Assembly (NCBI GenBank): GCA_963708075.1
Contig: OY970194.1
Coordinates: 5,280,001-5,344,000, forward strand
DNA from: Sedimentisphaerales bacterium
Lineage (GTDB): Bacteria; Planctomycetota; Phycisphaerae; Sedimentisphaerales; Anaerobacaceae
Length of the DNA: 64,000 nt
Direction: 5' to 3'
Position 1 is the first letter of the stretch, and each line of letters starts with the position of its first letter. Position numbers and translations under genes: made by a program. The notes under the pieces were generated by a model. That model saw only the letters and a list, made by a program, of their open reading frames with translations. It ran no database searches and was not told where the DNA came from. This document shows, piece after piece, positions 9,002 to 19,013 of the stretch.

Positions 9002-9964
9002 ATGGCGAAGATCGCGTGTTGTCACAACTGCGCGTACTCGTACTGCGACCACGAGCATGCGCTGTGGAGCATGTCGGTCGGGGTGCTGACCTGGCCGGCG
9101 TGCGCGAACCATCCGGAGTCGTACGGGGTGATGCGGCGTGTGCCGCAGCGCGGGATCTGCTCGAACTACCGGGCGAAGGCCGGCAAGCCGGAAGGCGATG
9201 TCAAACAGATTCCCCTGGGCGACGGGTTCTACGCCTACGTGGACGCCGCGGACTATGAGTGGCTCAGCCGGTGGACCTGGCACCTGGGTAGCGGATACGC
9301 CTATCGGGTGGAGAAGAGAAAGGTGGTGATCTACATGCACCGCCAGATCATGCAGCCGCCCAAGGGGATGGTCGTCCACCACAAGAACCGCAACAAGCTG
9401 GACAATACGCGGGGGAACATGGAGAACGTGACGCCGGCGGAGAACACGCGCCAGCGAGCCAAGAAAAGGAATGCCTCCTCCCGGTTCTGGGGCGTCAGCT
9501 ACACCAAGAGCCGCGCCAAGTACCATGTTTCCGTCCACCACGAAGGGAGACTCTTCGCCTGTGGCTACTTCGCGGACGAGATCGAAGCGGCCCGGGCGCA
9601 CGACTACAAGGCGGTCGCGCTCAAGGGCGAGGCTGCCCGGCTGAACTTTCCCAAGGAATGGCCGCCGGAACGACGGGCGCAGGTCTATGCCGAATTCCAG
9701 GCGCGCCTCAAGAGAGAGGGGAAGAATGTAGGGAGGAAGGGAGGTAAGACAGGCAGGCGATCCCGGCCTGGGGACACGGGTCGTAAACAGCGAGCTATGT
9801 CCGCCAGGCCACGAGTGACCGGCGACGGGGGACGCGACAAGGTAAGACGAAGAAGGCAGAAGGCGAAAGGCAGGACTGAGGGGCCCGACGCAAGACGCAC
9901 AAAGCACGAGGCTGGACGAGGTGGGGTAAAGGCAAGAGCGCAAAAGGTCAAAGGAAACAAGTGA
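9002..9964 (+). CDS. HNH endonuclease-AP2 domain protein with N-terminal Cys cluster and basic tail
   Basis: VHHKNRNKLDN..N..VT..EN (HNH_3-like); SRFWGV..EIEAARAHD..ARLNFP (AP2); GAGGAGG RBS. Confidence 0.88.
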   Translation: MAKIACCHNCAYSYCDHEHALWSMSVGVLTWPACANHPESYGVMRRVPQRGICSNYRAKAGKPEGDVKQIPLGDGFYAYVDAADYEWLSRWTWHLGSGYAYRVEKRKVVIYMHRQIMQPPKGMVVHHKNRNKLDNTRGNMENVTPAENTRQRAKKRNASSRFWGVSYTKSRAKYHVSVHHEGRLFACGYFADEIEAARAHDYKAVALKGEAARLNFPKEWPPERRAQVYAEFQARLKREGKNVGRKGGKTGRRSRPGDTGRKQRAMSARPRVTGDGGRDKVRRRRQKAKGRTEGPDARRTKHEAGRGGVKARAQKVKGNK

Positions 9965-10048
9965 GAGAATTGGGGGCTGACGGCAAAGGGCCCGGGCGGC
10001 AGGCATTGCGAGTCCTTCCCGCGCCGGGTCGGTGAAATGGCTGCAGGC

Positions 10049-10688
10049 GGGTGCGGCTGGTATTCGGTGGCGGCGTATAGCCGCCGTGTGCGGACTGCGC
10101 CTCTTTCGTCCCTTACGGGACTGGCTTTTGTCCTTGGCCCCGGTTTCCCAGCGATGAATCGCTGGGCTATTCTCTGTCGCCCTTCGGGCTTGAACTGCGC
10201 CCGGACGGGTCGATCACCATCCCGCAGGTGTTGCGGCTATTCTCTATCGCCCTGCGGGCTTGGACTGCACCTCTTTCGTCCCTTACGGGACTGGCTTTTG
10301 TCCTCGCCCCCGGGTTCCCCAGCGATGAATCGCTGGGCTATTCTCTATCGCCCTTCGGGCTTGGACAGCACCCGGACGGGTCGATCACCATCCCGCAGGT
10401 GTTGCAGCTATTCTCTGTCGCCCTGCGGGCTTGGACTGCGTCATGGCTGAGCTTCGTGATACTGCCAAATTGAAGGCTATCCTCTATTGCCCTGCGGGCT
10501 TGGACTTCGCTCCAGTCCTCTTGCGTCGGCCCATCCGCCCCACAGGGGCGATCGACAATAGCCCACCGTTTCAACGGTGGGTACCGGTAGCCTATCACAT
10601 CCCAAAGCCCCGCAGGGGCGAAAGAAGACTGCGGTGCGCTCTTGTGTCGGGTGCAATCCGAATCCGCCACCAAATGCCGACCGCACCC
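10049..10688. mobile_element. MITE family A (~25-bp TIR GGGTGCGG...GGTGGCGG) filled with tandem REP-like palindromes
   Basis: gggtgcggctggtattcggtggcgg ... ccgccaccaaatgccgaccgcaccc; internal gtcccttacgggact / cccagcgatgaatcgctgggcta unit present twice; shorter copy at 57840-58168. Confidence 0.8.
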
Positions 10689-10847
10689 GCTTGGGGGCGG
10701 AATTGGCGGCATTGGCTTGCCCCGCACTGTCTAATAATGTAGAAGAGCAGGTCGGAGTGCCGATAGTAACCTCTGTGAGGCCCTGGATGGACAGGGTGTT
10801 GGCCTTTTGAAGGCAGCTATTATAGGACGTATCACGGGAGTAGCGTT

Positions 10848-13358
10848 GTGAAGAGGACGAAACGATCGCGCGAGCGGCGGCTGGGGAAAGAGGCATTTGG
10901 GGCGGGGGCGAAGGCGGCGTTGCTGTGCCTGGGCATGGGCGTTTGCCTGTTCCTGCTGTTCAGTTGCCTGAGCTTTCATATTGCCGACTGGCCGAGCCGG
11001 TACGTGCAGCCGCACAATGAGCCGCCGGCGAACTGGTGCGGCTCGATGGGTGCGTTCTCCGCTTACTACCTGATTTACTACATCGGCCCCGGCGCGTATA
11101 TCCTCCTGATCGCGACCATTGGTTACTGCTTTGCCAAGCTGGCCCGCCGGCCGGTCGGCCAGCCGATATTCCGCATCATCGGTCTGGTCCTGCTGACTGC
11201 GGCGGCCTCCTGCACGTTCTACTGTTTCTGGCCGCATAAGAGGTATCCGTTCCCCATGGGCTCGGGCGGAGTGCTCGGCGTCTGTTTGGCGGGCCTCCTC
11301 CGGGCCAACTTCGCCACGCTCGGCACGTTCATCCTCGTCACCGCGACGTGGGTGGTCGGCTTGGCCCTGCTGGCCGACAGCCTGATTGTCAGTATGTTCG
11401 CCGCCGGTGGGATCGCCATACGGAAGCTTGTGGGCGTGCTGGTGCCCGCCTGGGCGGTCGCCAAGGAGAACTCCGAAGCCCTCGGCAGCATTTGGCAAAG
11501 GCTCAGTGCCCGGCAGAAAGGGCTCGCGACAGAACGTCGCCGGGAACCAGTGCCTGCCCCGGCGTCGGGTCCTGTCCAGTATGTCTCGCCGCAGATCGAG
11601 GAGTCACAGGAAGAACCCGAGCCCGTGGAGGCTGCAGAGCCTGTGGAAACGCCGGTGCCTGTCCCCGCCAGGCGGCCGGAGATCGCCGAAGTCAAGCGTC
11701 CTCCGGAGAGGCGCGAGCAGCCGGCGTATGTCCAGCCGGCTTATGACGACTACACAATGCCGCCGCTGGACCTGCTGGCCGAAGGCGAATATGGGTATGC
11801 GTCTCTCCAGGAACAAGTGGTTAAGGCCAAGGCGGCGGACTTGGAAAAACTACTGAGCGAGTTCAACGTGAACGCTCGCGTGGTCGCTTCCGAGACCGGG
11901 CCGGTCGTGACTATGTTCGAGCTGGAGCTGGCGGCCGGCGTCAAGGTCAGCCACATCTCCAGTCTCTCCAACGACATCGCCCGGGCCCTGGGCGCCGGCG
12001 CGGTCCGCGTCGTGGCCCCGATCCCCGGCAAGCACACGATCGGCATCGAGGTGCCCAACAACGAGAAGGAAAAAGTCCGAATGCGCAATATGATGGAACT
12101 CGCGGGCGACCGGCCGCGGCAAGATGCAGATCCCGCTGTTCCTGGGCAAGGACTCCTCCGGCGAGGCCCTGGTGTCGGACCTGACGAAGATGCCGCACCT
12201 GCTGATCGCCGGCACCACTGGCAGCGGCAAAAGTGTCTGCATCAATACCATCATTGTCGGTATTTTGATGACCAAGCGGCCGGACGAGGTCAAACTGATC
12301 CTGGTCGACCCAAAAATGGTCGAAATGACAGCTTTCAATACCGTGCCGCACCTGATGTGCCCGATCGTGACGGAGACGCAGACGGCGGTGCAGATTCTCG
12401 AATGGGCCACCGTCAAGATGGACGAGCGTTACGCCCTGCTGGCCGAAGCGAAGGTGAAGAATATCGCCGAGTTCAACAAGCTCGGCACGGAAGAGATTAT
12501 CGCCCGTTTCAATCCGAGCACGCCGGACGAAGAGGCGAAGATCCCCAAGAAGCTGCCGTACATCGTGATCGTCATCGACGAGCTGGCCGACCTGATGATG
12601 ACGGCCTCCAAGGAAATCGAGGCCTACATCGTGCGACTGGCCCAGAAGAGCCGGGCGATCGGCATCCACATCATCCTGGCCACGCAGCGCCCGCAGGCGA
12701 CGGTCGTGACGGGCCTGATCAAATCGAACATGCCGTGCCGCGTCGCGTTTCCGCGTGGCCGCCCGCATGGACAGCCGCATCATCCTCGACCAGAACGGCG
12801 CCGAAACCCTCCTCGGCGAGGGCGACATGCTCTTCCTCAAGCCCGGCACGAGCGATCTTATCCGGGCCCAGGGCACATTCCTCGACGACGCGGAAATCAA
12901 GCCGGATCATCAAGCACCTCAAGGAGGTGGCCGAGCCGCAGTTCCATCCGGAGCTGACGCAACTGCGCAAGGTCGATGCCGCCGATATGCCGAAGGACGA
13001 TTTGTTCGACGAGGCGGTCCGAGTCGTGCTCGAGAGCAAACGCGGCAGCGTGTCGCTGCTCCAGCGAAAGCTGAGCGTCGGCTACGCCCGCGCCTCGCGG
13101 ATTATCGAGATGATGGCCGCCGCCGGCATTCTCGGCGAGTACAAGGGCAGCCAGGCCCGCGAGGTCCTCATGACGCTCGAGGAATACGAAGCCGTTCGCG
13201 ACCAGATGAACAAAGACGCCGAAGCGGGTTTTGCCGACCTGGCCGAAGAGCCCGGCGAACAGGATGCCGCACCTGCCGAGCCGACCGAGAAAGCCTACGC
13301 CACCGAAGGCCAGCAAGGCTACGTCTCCACCGACATCGAGGAAGAAGAGGACGAGTAG
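10848..13358 (+). CDS. ftsK: DNA translocase FtsK/SpoIIIE (apparent frameshifts about 12120, 12750, 12900)
   Basis: N-terminal TM domain, PHLLIAGTTGSGKS, IDELADLM, ATQRP, gamma domain SVSLLQRKLSVGYARA. Confidence 0.95.
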   Translation: MKRTKRSRERRLGKEAFGAGAKAALLCLGMGVCLFLLFSCLSFHIADWPSRYVQPHNEPPANWCGSMGAFSAYYLIYYIGPGAYILLIATIGYCFAKLARRPVGQPIFRIIGLVLLTAAASCTFYCFWPHKRYPFPMGSGGVLGVCLAGLLRANFATLGTFILVTATWVVGLALLADSLIVSMFAAGGIAIRKLVGVLVPAWAVAKENSEALGSIWQRLSARQKGLATERRREPVPAPASGPVQYVSPQIEESQEEPEPVEAAEPVETPVPVPARRPEIAEVKRPPERREQPAYVQPAYDDYTMPPLDLLAEGEYGYASLQEQVVKAKAADLEKLLSEFNVNARVVASETGPVVTMFELELAAGVKVSHISSLSNDIARALGAGAVRVVAPIPGKHTIGIEVPNNEKEKVRMRNMMELAGDRPRQDADPAVPGQGLLRRGPGVGPDEDAAPADRRHHWQRQKCLHQYHHCRYFDDQAAGRGQTDPGRPKNGRNDSFQYRAAPDVPDRDGDADGGADSRMGHRQDGRALRPAGRSEGEEYRRVQQARHGRDYRPFQSEHAGRRGEDPQEAAVHRDRHRRAGRPDDDGLQGNRGLHRATGPEEPGDRHPHHPGHAAPAGDGRDGPDQIEHAVPRRVSAWPPAWTAASSSTRTAPKPSSARATCSSSSPARAILSGPRAHSSTTRKSSRIIKHLKEVAEPQFHPELTQLRKVDAADMPKDDLFDEAVRVVLESKRGSVSLLQRKLSVGYARASRIIEMMAAAGILGEYKGSQAREVLMTLEEYEAVRDQMNKDAEAGFADLAEEPGEQDAAPAEPTEKAYATEGQQGYVSTDIEEEEDE

Positions 13359-13485
13359 CAGGTTTTTCAGACACGGATGAACGCGGATTGACACGGATTT
13401 TGTAGGGTGTGCACCGCACACCGATTCCCTCACAGGGGACGTGTGACATGCGCGGTCACGTAGGATGGGCTTCAGCCCATGCGGA

Positions 13486-13821
13486 TCATTGTTTCTTCTT
13501 TCGTGCTACGAGCCAGGAACATCGGGCCCAGCGAGCCAGCTCGTCCGGGTTTTCCAGGACATCGCCAGGGATTTCATAATAGGTCCGAATCGTGGTCTTG
13601 ATCTTCTCCGGATAGGGCTCGAAGGGAGCCGAGCCCGCCCGCACGAAGTCCTCGCGATTCGAGTCGTCCACCTTCAGGTAGGCGGCATCCTCGGCGAGGA
13701 CCGCGAACATCGTCCCCTCACGATACAGTCCGGCCCCGCCGAACATCCGGCGCACGGACACCTCGCCCCAGCCCGAGAGCTGCTCAACGACGTAATCCAC
13801 GAATTCATCCGACACGCCCAT
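13486..13821 (-). CDS. TfoX N-terminal domain protein
   Basis: RRMFGGAGLY..FA...YLKVD motif. Confidence 0.9.
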   Translation of the reverse strand: MGVSDEFVDYVVEQLSGWGEVSVRRMFGGAGLYREGTMFAVLAEDAAYLKVDDSNREDFVRAGSAPFEPYPEKIKTTIRTYYEIPGDVLENPDELARWARCSWLVARKKKQ

Positions 13822-14093
13822 CAGTCCTGCCTCCCCTGCTTCTCCATCACCGATGGAACAAAGTGGCCCTCATAGAAGGATGGCAGCCCCCGGAAGATAT
13901 CCAGCAACTGCTCCACCGCAACCACGCTCGCGTCATGTTCTACGACGACTCCATGCCCCTCCCTGTAGAACTTGCTCACACCTCGCATCCGGCCAAAGAT
14001 GGATGCCATCTCCTCAATGCATCGGTCGCACTTGCACCCGCACTCCGCAATGATGGAGGTACAATCCAAATGAAACGCCGTACGACTGGTCAT
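13821..14093 (-). CDS. Small Cys-rich, HMA-like protein
   Basis: ECGCKCDRC then helix, GV, VEHD pattern like heavy-metal-associated domains; coupled to the TfoX gene. Confidence 0.55.
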   Translation of the reverse strand: MTSRTAFHLDCTSIIAECGCKCDRCIEEMASIFGRMRGVSKFYREGHGVVVEHDASVVAVEQLLDIFRGLPSFYEGHFVPSVMEKQGRQD

Positions 14094-14116
14094 AGTTCTC
14101 TCCTTCTATGCTCCTG

Positions 14117-14518
14117 TCATTTCATCGAGTCACGAAGCTGCTCCCTTACCTTGTCCTGTGGCACGCCAGTCCCATCCAGCGACACCACAATCGGCATCGA
14201 ATAGGTTCCCCCATCGTAGATGACCGTAAGCATCTTGTCATCGACCGACTCCCAGGAGTATTTGCCCCAGTCCGATGCGTGGCAGGGCAAACCAGAACTC
14301 GAACAGAAATCACGGAAGTCCTCTTTCGATGCCGGGGGATGTCCCTTGGTTTCCATGTACCTGCGAAGTCCTGCCGCGAATCTGGTGATCTCAGTGATCG
14401 GTTCTGCTTCTTGGGTTTGCTCTGGGCCAATGCGGGTAGACGACCTGCACCCCGACACCGATGCGGCAATCACCACCGCAATCAGAAAGCCCACTATTGA
14501 GAAACGCCTTCTACTCAT
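14117..14518 (-). CDS. Hypothetical lipoprotein
   Basis: MSRRRFSIVGFLIAVVIAASVSGC lipoprotein signal; in frame with the upstream duplicated fragment. Confidence 0.6.
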   Translation of the reverse strand: MSRRRFSIVGFLIAVVIAASVSGCRSSTRIGPEQTQEAEPITEITRFAAGLRRYMETKGHPPASKEDFRDFCSSSGLPCHASDWGKYSWESVDDKMLTVIYDGGTYSMPIVVSLDGTGVPQDKVREQLRDSMK

Positions 14519-14560
14519 GTGTTCCGCATGCCTTGAGGAGCCCATCGCGTGTCTCCACCT

Positions 14561-14677
14561 GACCCCTCGCGTCCCGCCAAAGACCGCCTTCATCTCCCCA
14601 ATGCACCTGCCGCCGTTGACTCCACACGCCGGAATGATCGGCGTACAGTCCAAATGAAACGCCGTACGACTGGTCAT
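14561..14677 (-). pseudogene. Diverged 39-codon duplicate of the 5' end of gene 13821-14093
   Basis: MTSRTAFHLDCT... 26/39 aa identical by hand alignment. Confidence 0.8.
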
Positions 14678-14698
14678 GGCCCTTTCCTCAATCAGCTA

Positions 14699-15085
14699 CT
14701 ATGGTAGCCTCCCCGTGCGCAGGTTCACCGTGAACTCATAGCCTCTGGCCCATTCAAAATCAGGCCAACCCAGTATGGTGGAGCTGATTCCGTTTCGTAT
14801 TTCTGCCTTCAGGGTGTCAAAGACCGCTTCCACCTCCTCAAAGTCTTTCTGATCAACATGGACGGTCACCATGATATCTCTCGCGGATATGGTCGCATAG
14901 GCCTCAAATTTGAGTGTCACGAAGTTTTGTTTGACCTTGTTCCTGTGAAAGTAGTCGTGAATGATGCCCTCCAAAATCAACTCATCCTTTCTCGTCACCT
15001 TTGTCCCATCGGAACTGACCAGTGGGATACTTAGGGACAGGCAAACCAATGAGCACATGACGACCGCACTCCTGCGGGCTCCCAT
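14699..15085 (-). CDS. Hypothetical secreted protein
   Basis: Signal-like N-terminus, GAGGAG RBS. Confidence 0.6.
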   Translation of the reverse strand: MGARRSAVVMCSLVCLSLSIPLVSSDGTKVTRKDELILEGIIHDYFHRNKVKQNFVTLKFEAYATISARDIMVTVHVDQKDFEEVEAVFDTLKAEIRNGISSTILGWPDFEWARGYEFTVNLRTGRLP

Positions 15086-15233
15086 AGAAGACGCTCCTCA
15101 TAAATTGGTCTTGGTCATTTTGAATTCCACGGACAGCTTACCGGTTCTGGTTCTGTAATGAGTATGGCGTCCCCCGTTCAGATTCCCCTAGATTCTCATG
15201 TCCAGATTCCTGCGTTCAGATATCAGCATGTGA

Positions 15234-16229
15234 TCACGCGGTGCTCCCATTGTTTTCAGCTAAGGACGGTTCCAGATTATCTAGCAATTCTTGGCATTGG
15301 CCGCAGTAGTAGTATCCGGTTTCGATCATCTTGCAACGGTACGGATACTTTGCCGGTCGTCGTTTCGCAAAGTCAAATCGCAGCCGCAGAGAATGATAGA
15401 GTTGTTCATCTATATAGAGCTCGGCAAATGCATGCCTCTTGTTCTTCGCATGTTCCTTAGCGGTATTGTCAATGGCCCAGACTTGAGCGAAAGGTAACCC
15501 CAGGGTATTCAGGCACACGTGATTACCGGAGTCTGATATATGAGAAAGGGGGTCGTTGTAGTATTCATTGCTGCCTTGCGACAAGACGGCATGCGTTCTC
15601 AAGCCGAGGATGTCCTCATATACATTCTGGATGCGCCGAAAGACCTGAAGGAAGACTTCTGGTTTGTAGGTATTCTTGATATCGCTCCGATAATGCCCCA
15701 CTGTCCAGTTGCTCTTCAGGAGAAGAGAGTCAGCAAATGAAATGAATAGTATGTCGGGATAAGCCGCCGCGAGCCCATCAACTGCCATACGCAAGGCGAG
15801 TAACTTCTCCCTGGAGATACTGCCAGACCGAAGTGCATCCGCGAAATCGTCTGCGTCCACAAGGCAGAAGATAGAATATGATCTAAGATAGAGAAGGTCA
15901 AGCCAAGCTGTCTTTACAAATATATGGGGCTTCTCGTCACACTGCCAACACCCGACGCATGTAATGAACTGGTCCTTGGGAAGCGAGATGGCAACTTCAT
16001 GGTATCTGGTAGATATGTTTGGATACCAATCCAGCTCCATTGAGACGCTGTTGATTTCCCTGACAGTAGCAAAGCCAACATACCCAACGCTTCGGTCAGG
16101 ACCACCGGCAAAGAAATCAAGCTGTGCACGCTCCCACTCGAGCATGTATTCCTCCCCGATGAGGTAGCAATCCCTATCGAGGGGAACTCTCTCATAAGTG
16201 TAGACGTCAAACTTCTCGTGATCGAACAT
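15234..16229 (-). CDS. Hypothetical protein with divergent class III nucleotide cyclase-like C-terminal domain
   Basis: FCLVDADDF / ISFADSLLL / RTHAVLSQG / LGLPFAQVWAID / LYIDEQL in cyclase motif order; low GC; start 16229 or 16256. Confidence 0.55.
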   Translation of the reverse strand: MFDHEKFDVYTYERVPLDRDCYLIGEEYMLEWERAQLDFFAGGPDRSVGYVGFATVREINSVSMELDWYPNISTRYHEVAISLPKDQFITCVGCWQCDEKPHIFVKTAWLDLLYLRSYSIFCLVDADDFADALRSGSISREKLLALRMAVDGLAAAYPDILFISFADSLLLKSNWTVGHYRSDIKNTYKPEVFLQVFRRIQNVYEDILGLRTHAVLSQGSNEYYNDPLSHISDSGNHVCLNTLGLPFAQVWAIDNTAKEHAKNKRHAFAELYIDEQLYHSLRLRFDFAKRRPAKYPYRCKMIETGYYYCGQCQELLDNLEPSLAENNGSTA

Positions 16230-16319
16230 TCTCTTCACTGATTCCCGATGTGCCAACGACGATCAGGTAGTTTCTTCATCGCACTTCTCGACCATGGAAA
16301 AGACTCAAATCCGTACGTT

Positions 16320-16502
16320 TTACATTTCTGGGCGGCCGAGTTCTTTGGCTGGTTGAATCCACTCGTCGATGACTTTCTCCGCGTTGGCGACCGCCTCGGC
16401 ATAGGTAGGGCCATCCGCCATGCAGCCCGGCAGTTCGGGGACCTCTACCACAAACGACTGATCCTCCTCACTCCAATAGATGATCATCTCGTATCTACTC
16501 AT
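16320..16502 (-). CDS. HicB-like antitoxin (short, no hicA)
   Basis: YEMIIYWSEED..FVVEVPELPGCMADG.T..EA motif. Confidence 0.85.
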   Translation of the reverse strand: MSRYEMIIYWSEEDQSFVVEVPELPGCMADGPTYAEAVANAEKVIDEWIQPAKELGRPEM

Positions 16503-16536
16503 TTTCGTCTGCTCCGCAGATCAACGAGCTCCGTCG

Positions 16537-16866
16537 CTAATCCGGGATCTCCAGCGCGACGCGTAACGCCTGGGTCAGCATTTCCATCTTCTCAGGCGGG
16601 AGTGCGCCAATGTAGTTCGTGAGCACCGATTTTGGCAAGCTGACCAACTCGTCGCAGTGGATGCTGCTCTCGTGCTTCAAACCCTCATCCGGGCCGACGG
16701 GCACTTGCGTTGCCAGCCCGTCATAGACGGTGTAGACCGGCGCACAGACCACTGTGGAGAAGCGGGAGTCGATCAGCACCTGACGACCGACGACCACAAA
16801 CACCCGATATCTCTTTGGATCGCGCGCCGAGGGGTGGGCTACCCGGTAAAGCTCGCCACGCTTCAT
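16537..16866 (-). CDS. PemK/MazF family toxin
   Basis: MKRGELY...K.R.FVVV...VVCAPV...GL...S.I.CD pattern. Confidence 0.9.
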   Translation of the reverse strand: MKRGELYRVAHPSARDPKRYRVFVVVGRQVLIDSRFSTVVCAPVYTVYDGLATQVPVGPDEGLKHESSIHCDELVSLPKSVLTNYIGALPPEKMEMLTQALRVALEIPD

Positions 16867-17096
16867 GGGAGCACCTGATACTCCAGCACATCGCTGGCTT
16901 CCTGGTTCAGGGAATCCGCGTTTCGGTTGATAATCTCAAGATCGCGGGCGTTCTGTTCGTCGCGGGTCAGTTGCTGGATAAAGGCCCAGACAGCAGTTTC
17001 GATGAAATCAGAGCGTGTCTTCTTCTGCTGCTTGGTCCGTTTATCGACAGCCTTCAGCAGCTCCTCCGAAAGTGTGATAGATGTCTTGACTTTCAT
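16863..17096 (-). CDS. Ribbon-helix-helix antitoxin
   Basis: [16 protein letters not shown]....RSDFIE; 4-bp overlap with toxin. Confidence 0.88.
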   Translation of the reverse strand: MKVKTSITLSEELLKAVDKRTKQQKKTRSDFIETAVWAFIQQLTRDEQNARDLEIINRNADSLNQEASDVLEYQVLP

Positions 17097-17102
17097 ACTA
17101 CC

Positions 17103-17131
17103 AATATACTTGCATCGTCCTGCACTGTCAA
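17103..17131 (-). promoter_or_regulatory. sigma70 promoter, leaderless TA transcript
   Basis: TTGACA-N17-TATATT-N6-ATG. Confidence 0.7.
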
Positions 17132-17149
17132 TGCTTTGGATTCTCTTTA

Positions 17150-17958
17150 TTAGCTTGCGGTTTCGGCGCTGTAGCGGGCGATGAGGCCGGTGCGGATGGC
17201 GTAGTGGTGGATGCGCGTGAAGAACCAGGCGGTGAGCAGGATGTAGAGGACCGCCAGGGAGGCGGCCCAGAGGAGCAGGGCGGGGTGAGCGGGCCGGCCG
17301 GCGAGGATCGTCCGCATGCTCTCGAAGACGTAGGCCGGCGGGAGCAGGTGCGAGACGTACTGCATCCAGTGGGGCAGGACCGAAAGCGGATAGAAGACCG
17401 CGGCAAACGGGGAGAGGAACGCCGGGATGGGCCAGACGAACCACTCCGCCGCCGGGCCGTACCGCAGCACCAGGGCATTGGCGAGAATCGCCCAGCGCGA
17501 TGCCGAACAGAAACAGCACGAGCAGGTAGGGGATGAGCATGAGGCCGTAGCCGAAGAAGGACAGGCCGAACACGGCGGTCGCCAGGATGAGCATCACGAT
17601 CAGCCCGACCGCGCTGGTCGCGACGCTCGACAGCACCAGGCCGCGCGAGGTATTCCGAGATCGTCAGCGGCGTCGCGAACAGGTTCAGGAAATTGCGGGA
17701 CCAGACGTCCTCGAGGAACGTCGTCGTCACGCCGTACATCACACGGGTGAAGAAGTCCCAGAACAGCACCGCCCCGAGCAGCATGGGGACGAAGTTGGGC
17801 CCGGCAGTGGTGATGGCGTTCAGGTACCGCGTGATGAATCCCCACAGCACGATGTCGATGGCCGCCCACACGAACACCGGCAGCAGGCGCGCGGGGCTGC
17901 CGCGCATGAGGTAGAACTGACGAAGCAGAATGGCGGCGATGCGGCGGACGTGGATCAT
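17150..17958 (-). CDS. ABC-2 type permease (two apparent frameshifts)
   Basis: FLEDVWSRNFLNLFATP, FYPLSVLP.W...S..LP motifs across frames. Confidence 0.88.
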
Positions 17959-18755
17959 GGCCCGTTGCCCCCAAGAGTCAACGGCTCGCGCGCGACGGCG
18001 ATGAACAGGTCTTCGAGCGTCTCCTTTCCGTACTCGCGCGGCAGGGTCTTGGGGTTGCCTTCGAGCAGGATTTTGCCGTGCGAGAGGAACAGCACGCGGT
18101 CGCACACCTTCTCGACCTCGGCCATGTTGTGCGAGGTCCACAGGACACCGACGGCCTCCTGATTGGAGAACTCGCAGATCTTGGTGCGGATGTCGCGGGC
18201 GGTGGCGGGGTCGAGCGAGGCGGTGGGCTCGTCGAGCAGCAGCAGGTGCGGCTGGTTGAGCATCGCCTTGGCCAGTCCCGCGCGGGTCTGCTCGCCGGAG
18301 GACAGGACGCCGCACTTGGTATTTCGGAACTGCTCGAGGTCGAACTCCTTCAGCACTTCCGTAATCCGCTCGGCCATACCCTCGACGCCATACAGCAATC
18401 CGAAGAACCGCAGATTCTGATGCACTGTCAGGTTCCCTGGCAGCGGCGCGTAGACGGCCGCGAAGTTCGTCCGTTCCAGGGCCCGGCGACGATGTACAGC
18501 GATGTCCATGCCTTCAATGTGGATCGATCCTGCGGTCGGCTCCAGAATGCCCAGGACCATGTTGATGATCGTCGTCTTGCCCGCGCCATTGGGCCCGAGT
18601 AGCCCGACGATCTCGTTGCGACCCACGTCGAACGAAACGCCATCCACCGCCACGGTCCGGCCAAAGGCCTTATGCAGATCCGTGGTCGATAGCACCTTCG
18701 GTGCCGGGGGCGCCTCGGAAGCCTGCGACTGCTCTGCTGTCATGCCTGGTTGCAT
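17955..18755 (-). CDS. ABC transporter ATP-binding protein
   Basis: GPNGAGKT, LSSGE, LLLLDEPT, SH. Confidence 0.95.
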   Translation of the reverse strand: MQPGMTAEQSQASEAPPAPKVLSTTDLHKAFGRTVAVDGVSFDVGRNEIVGLLGPNGAGKTTIINMVLGILEPTAGSIHIEGMDIAVHRRRALERTNFAAVYAPLPGNLTVHQNLRFFGLLYGVEGMAERITEVLKEFDLEQFRNTKCGVLSSGEQTRAGLAKAMLNQPHLLLLDEPTASLDPATARDIRTKICEFSNQEAVGVLWTSHNMAEVEKVCDRVLFLSHGKILLEGNPKTLPREYGKETLEDLFIAVAREPLTLGGNGP

Positions 18756-19013
18756 ATAGGCGACGATGATAGGCCCGCCCGCCCACGCAGACAAGAGCGG
18801 GTTTTGCCTAACGCCGGGCTTCCTCGGGTTGGACCTGCTCGACGTGCGAGAGATCGCTGTTGGCATGCGTCGTTGACCGCCCGCACGGCGTTTGGTATAC
18901 TGCATGGCGTCGGGCGGAGAGCCGGTTCTGCGGCGCTGCGTGGCATGCGGGGAACAGGCTCATGGATTCAGACGAGTGCCTCAGGGTCCAGGGCGCGAGA
19001 TGGAGGACGAGAA

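Noticed and set aside
10041..10696. Target-site duplication around MITE A copy 1
   Set aside because: Flanks show no direct repeat; the TSD is visible only for the 57840 copy
10037..10896. Short ORFs across the MITE/REP region, and long antisense ORFs over core genes (e.g. 40512-41810, 33684-34820)
   Set aside because: Translations of repeats or shadow frames typical of high-GC DNA
13486..17096. Complete integron cassette array
   Set aside because: No intI and no full attC hairpins could be identified between the genes
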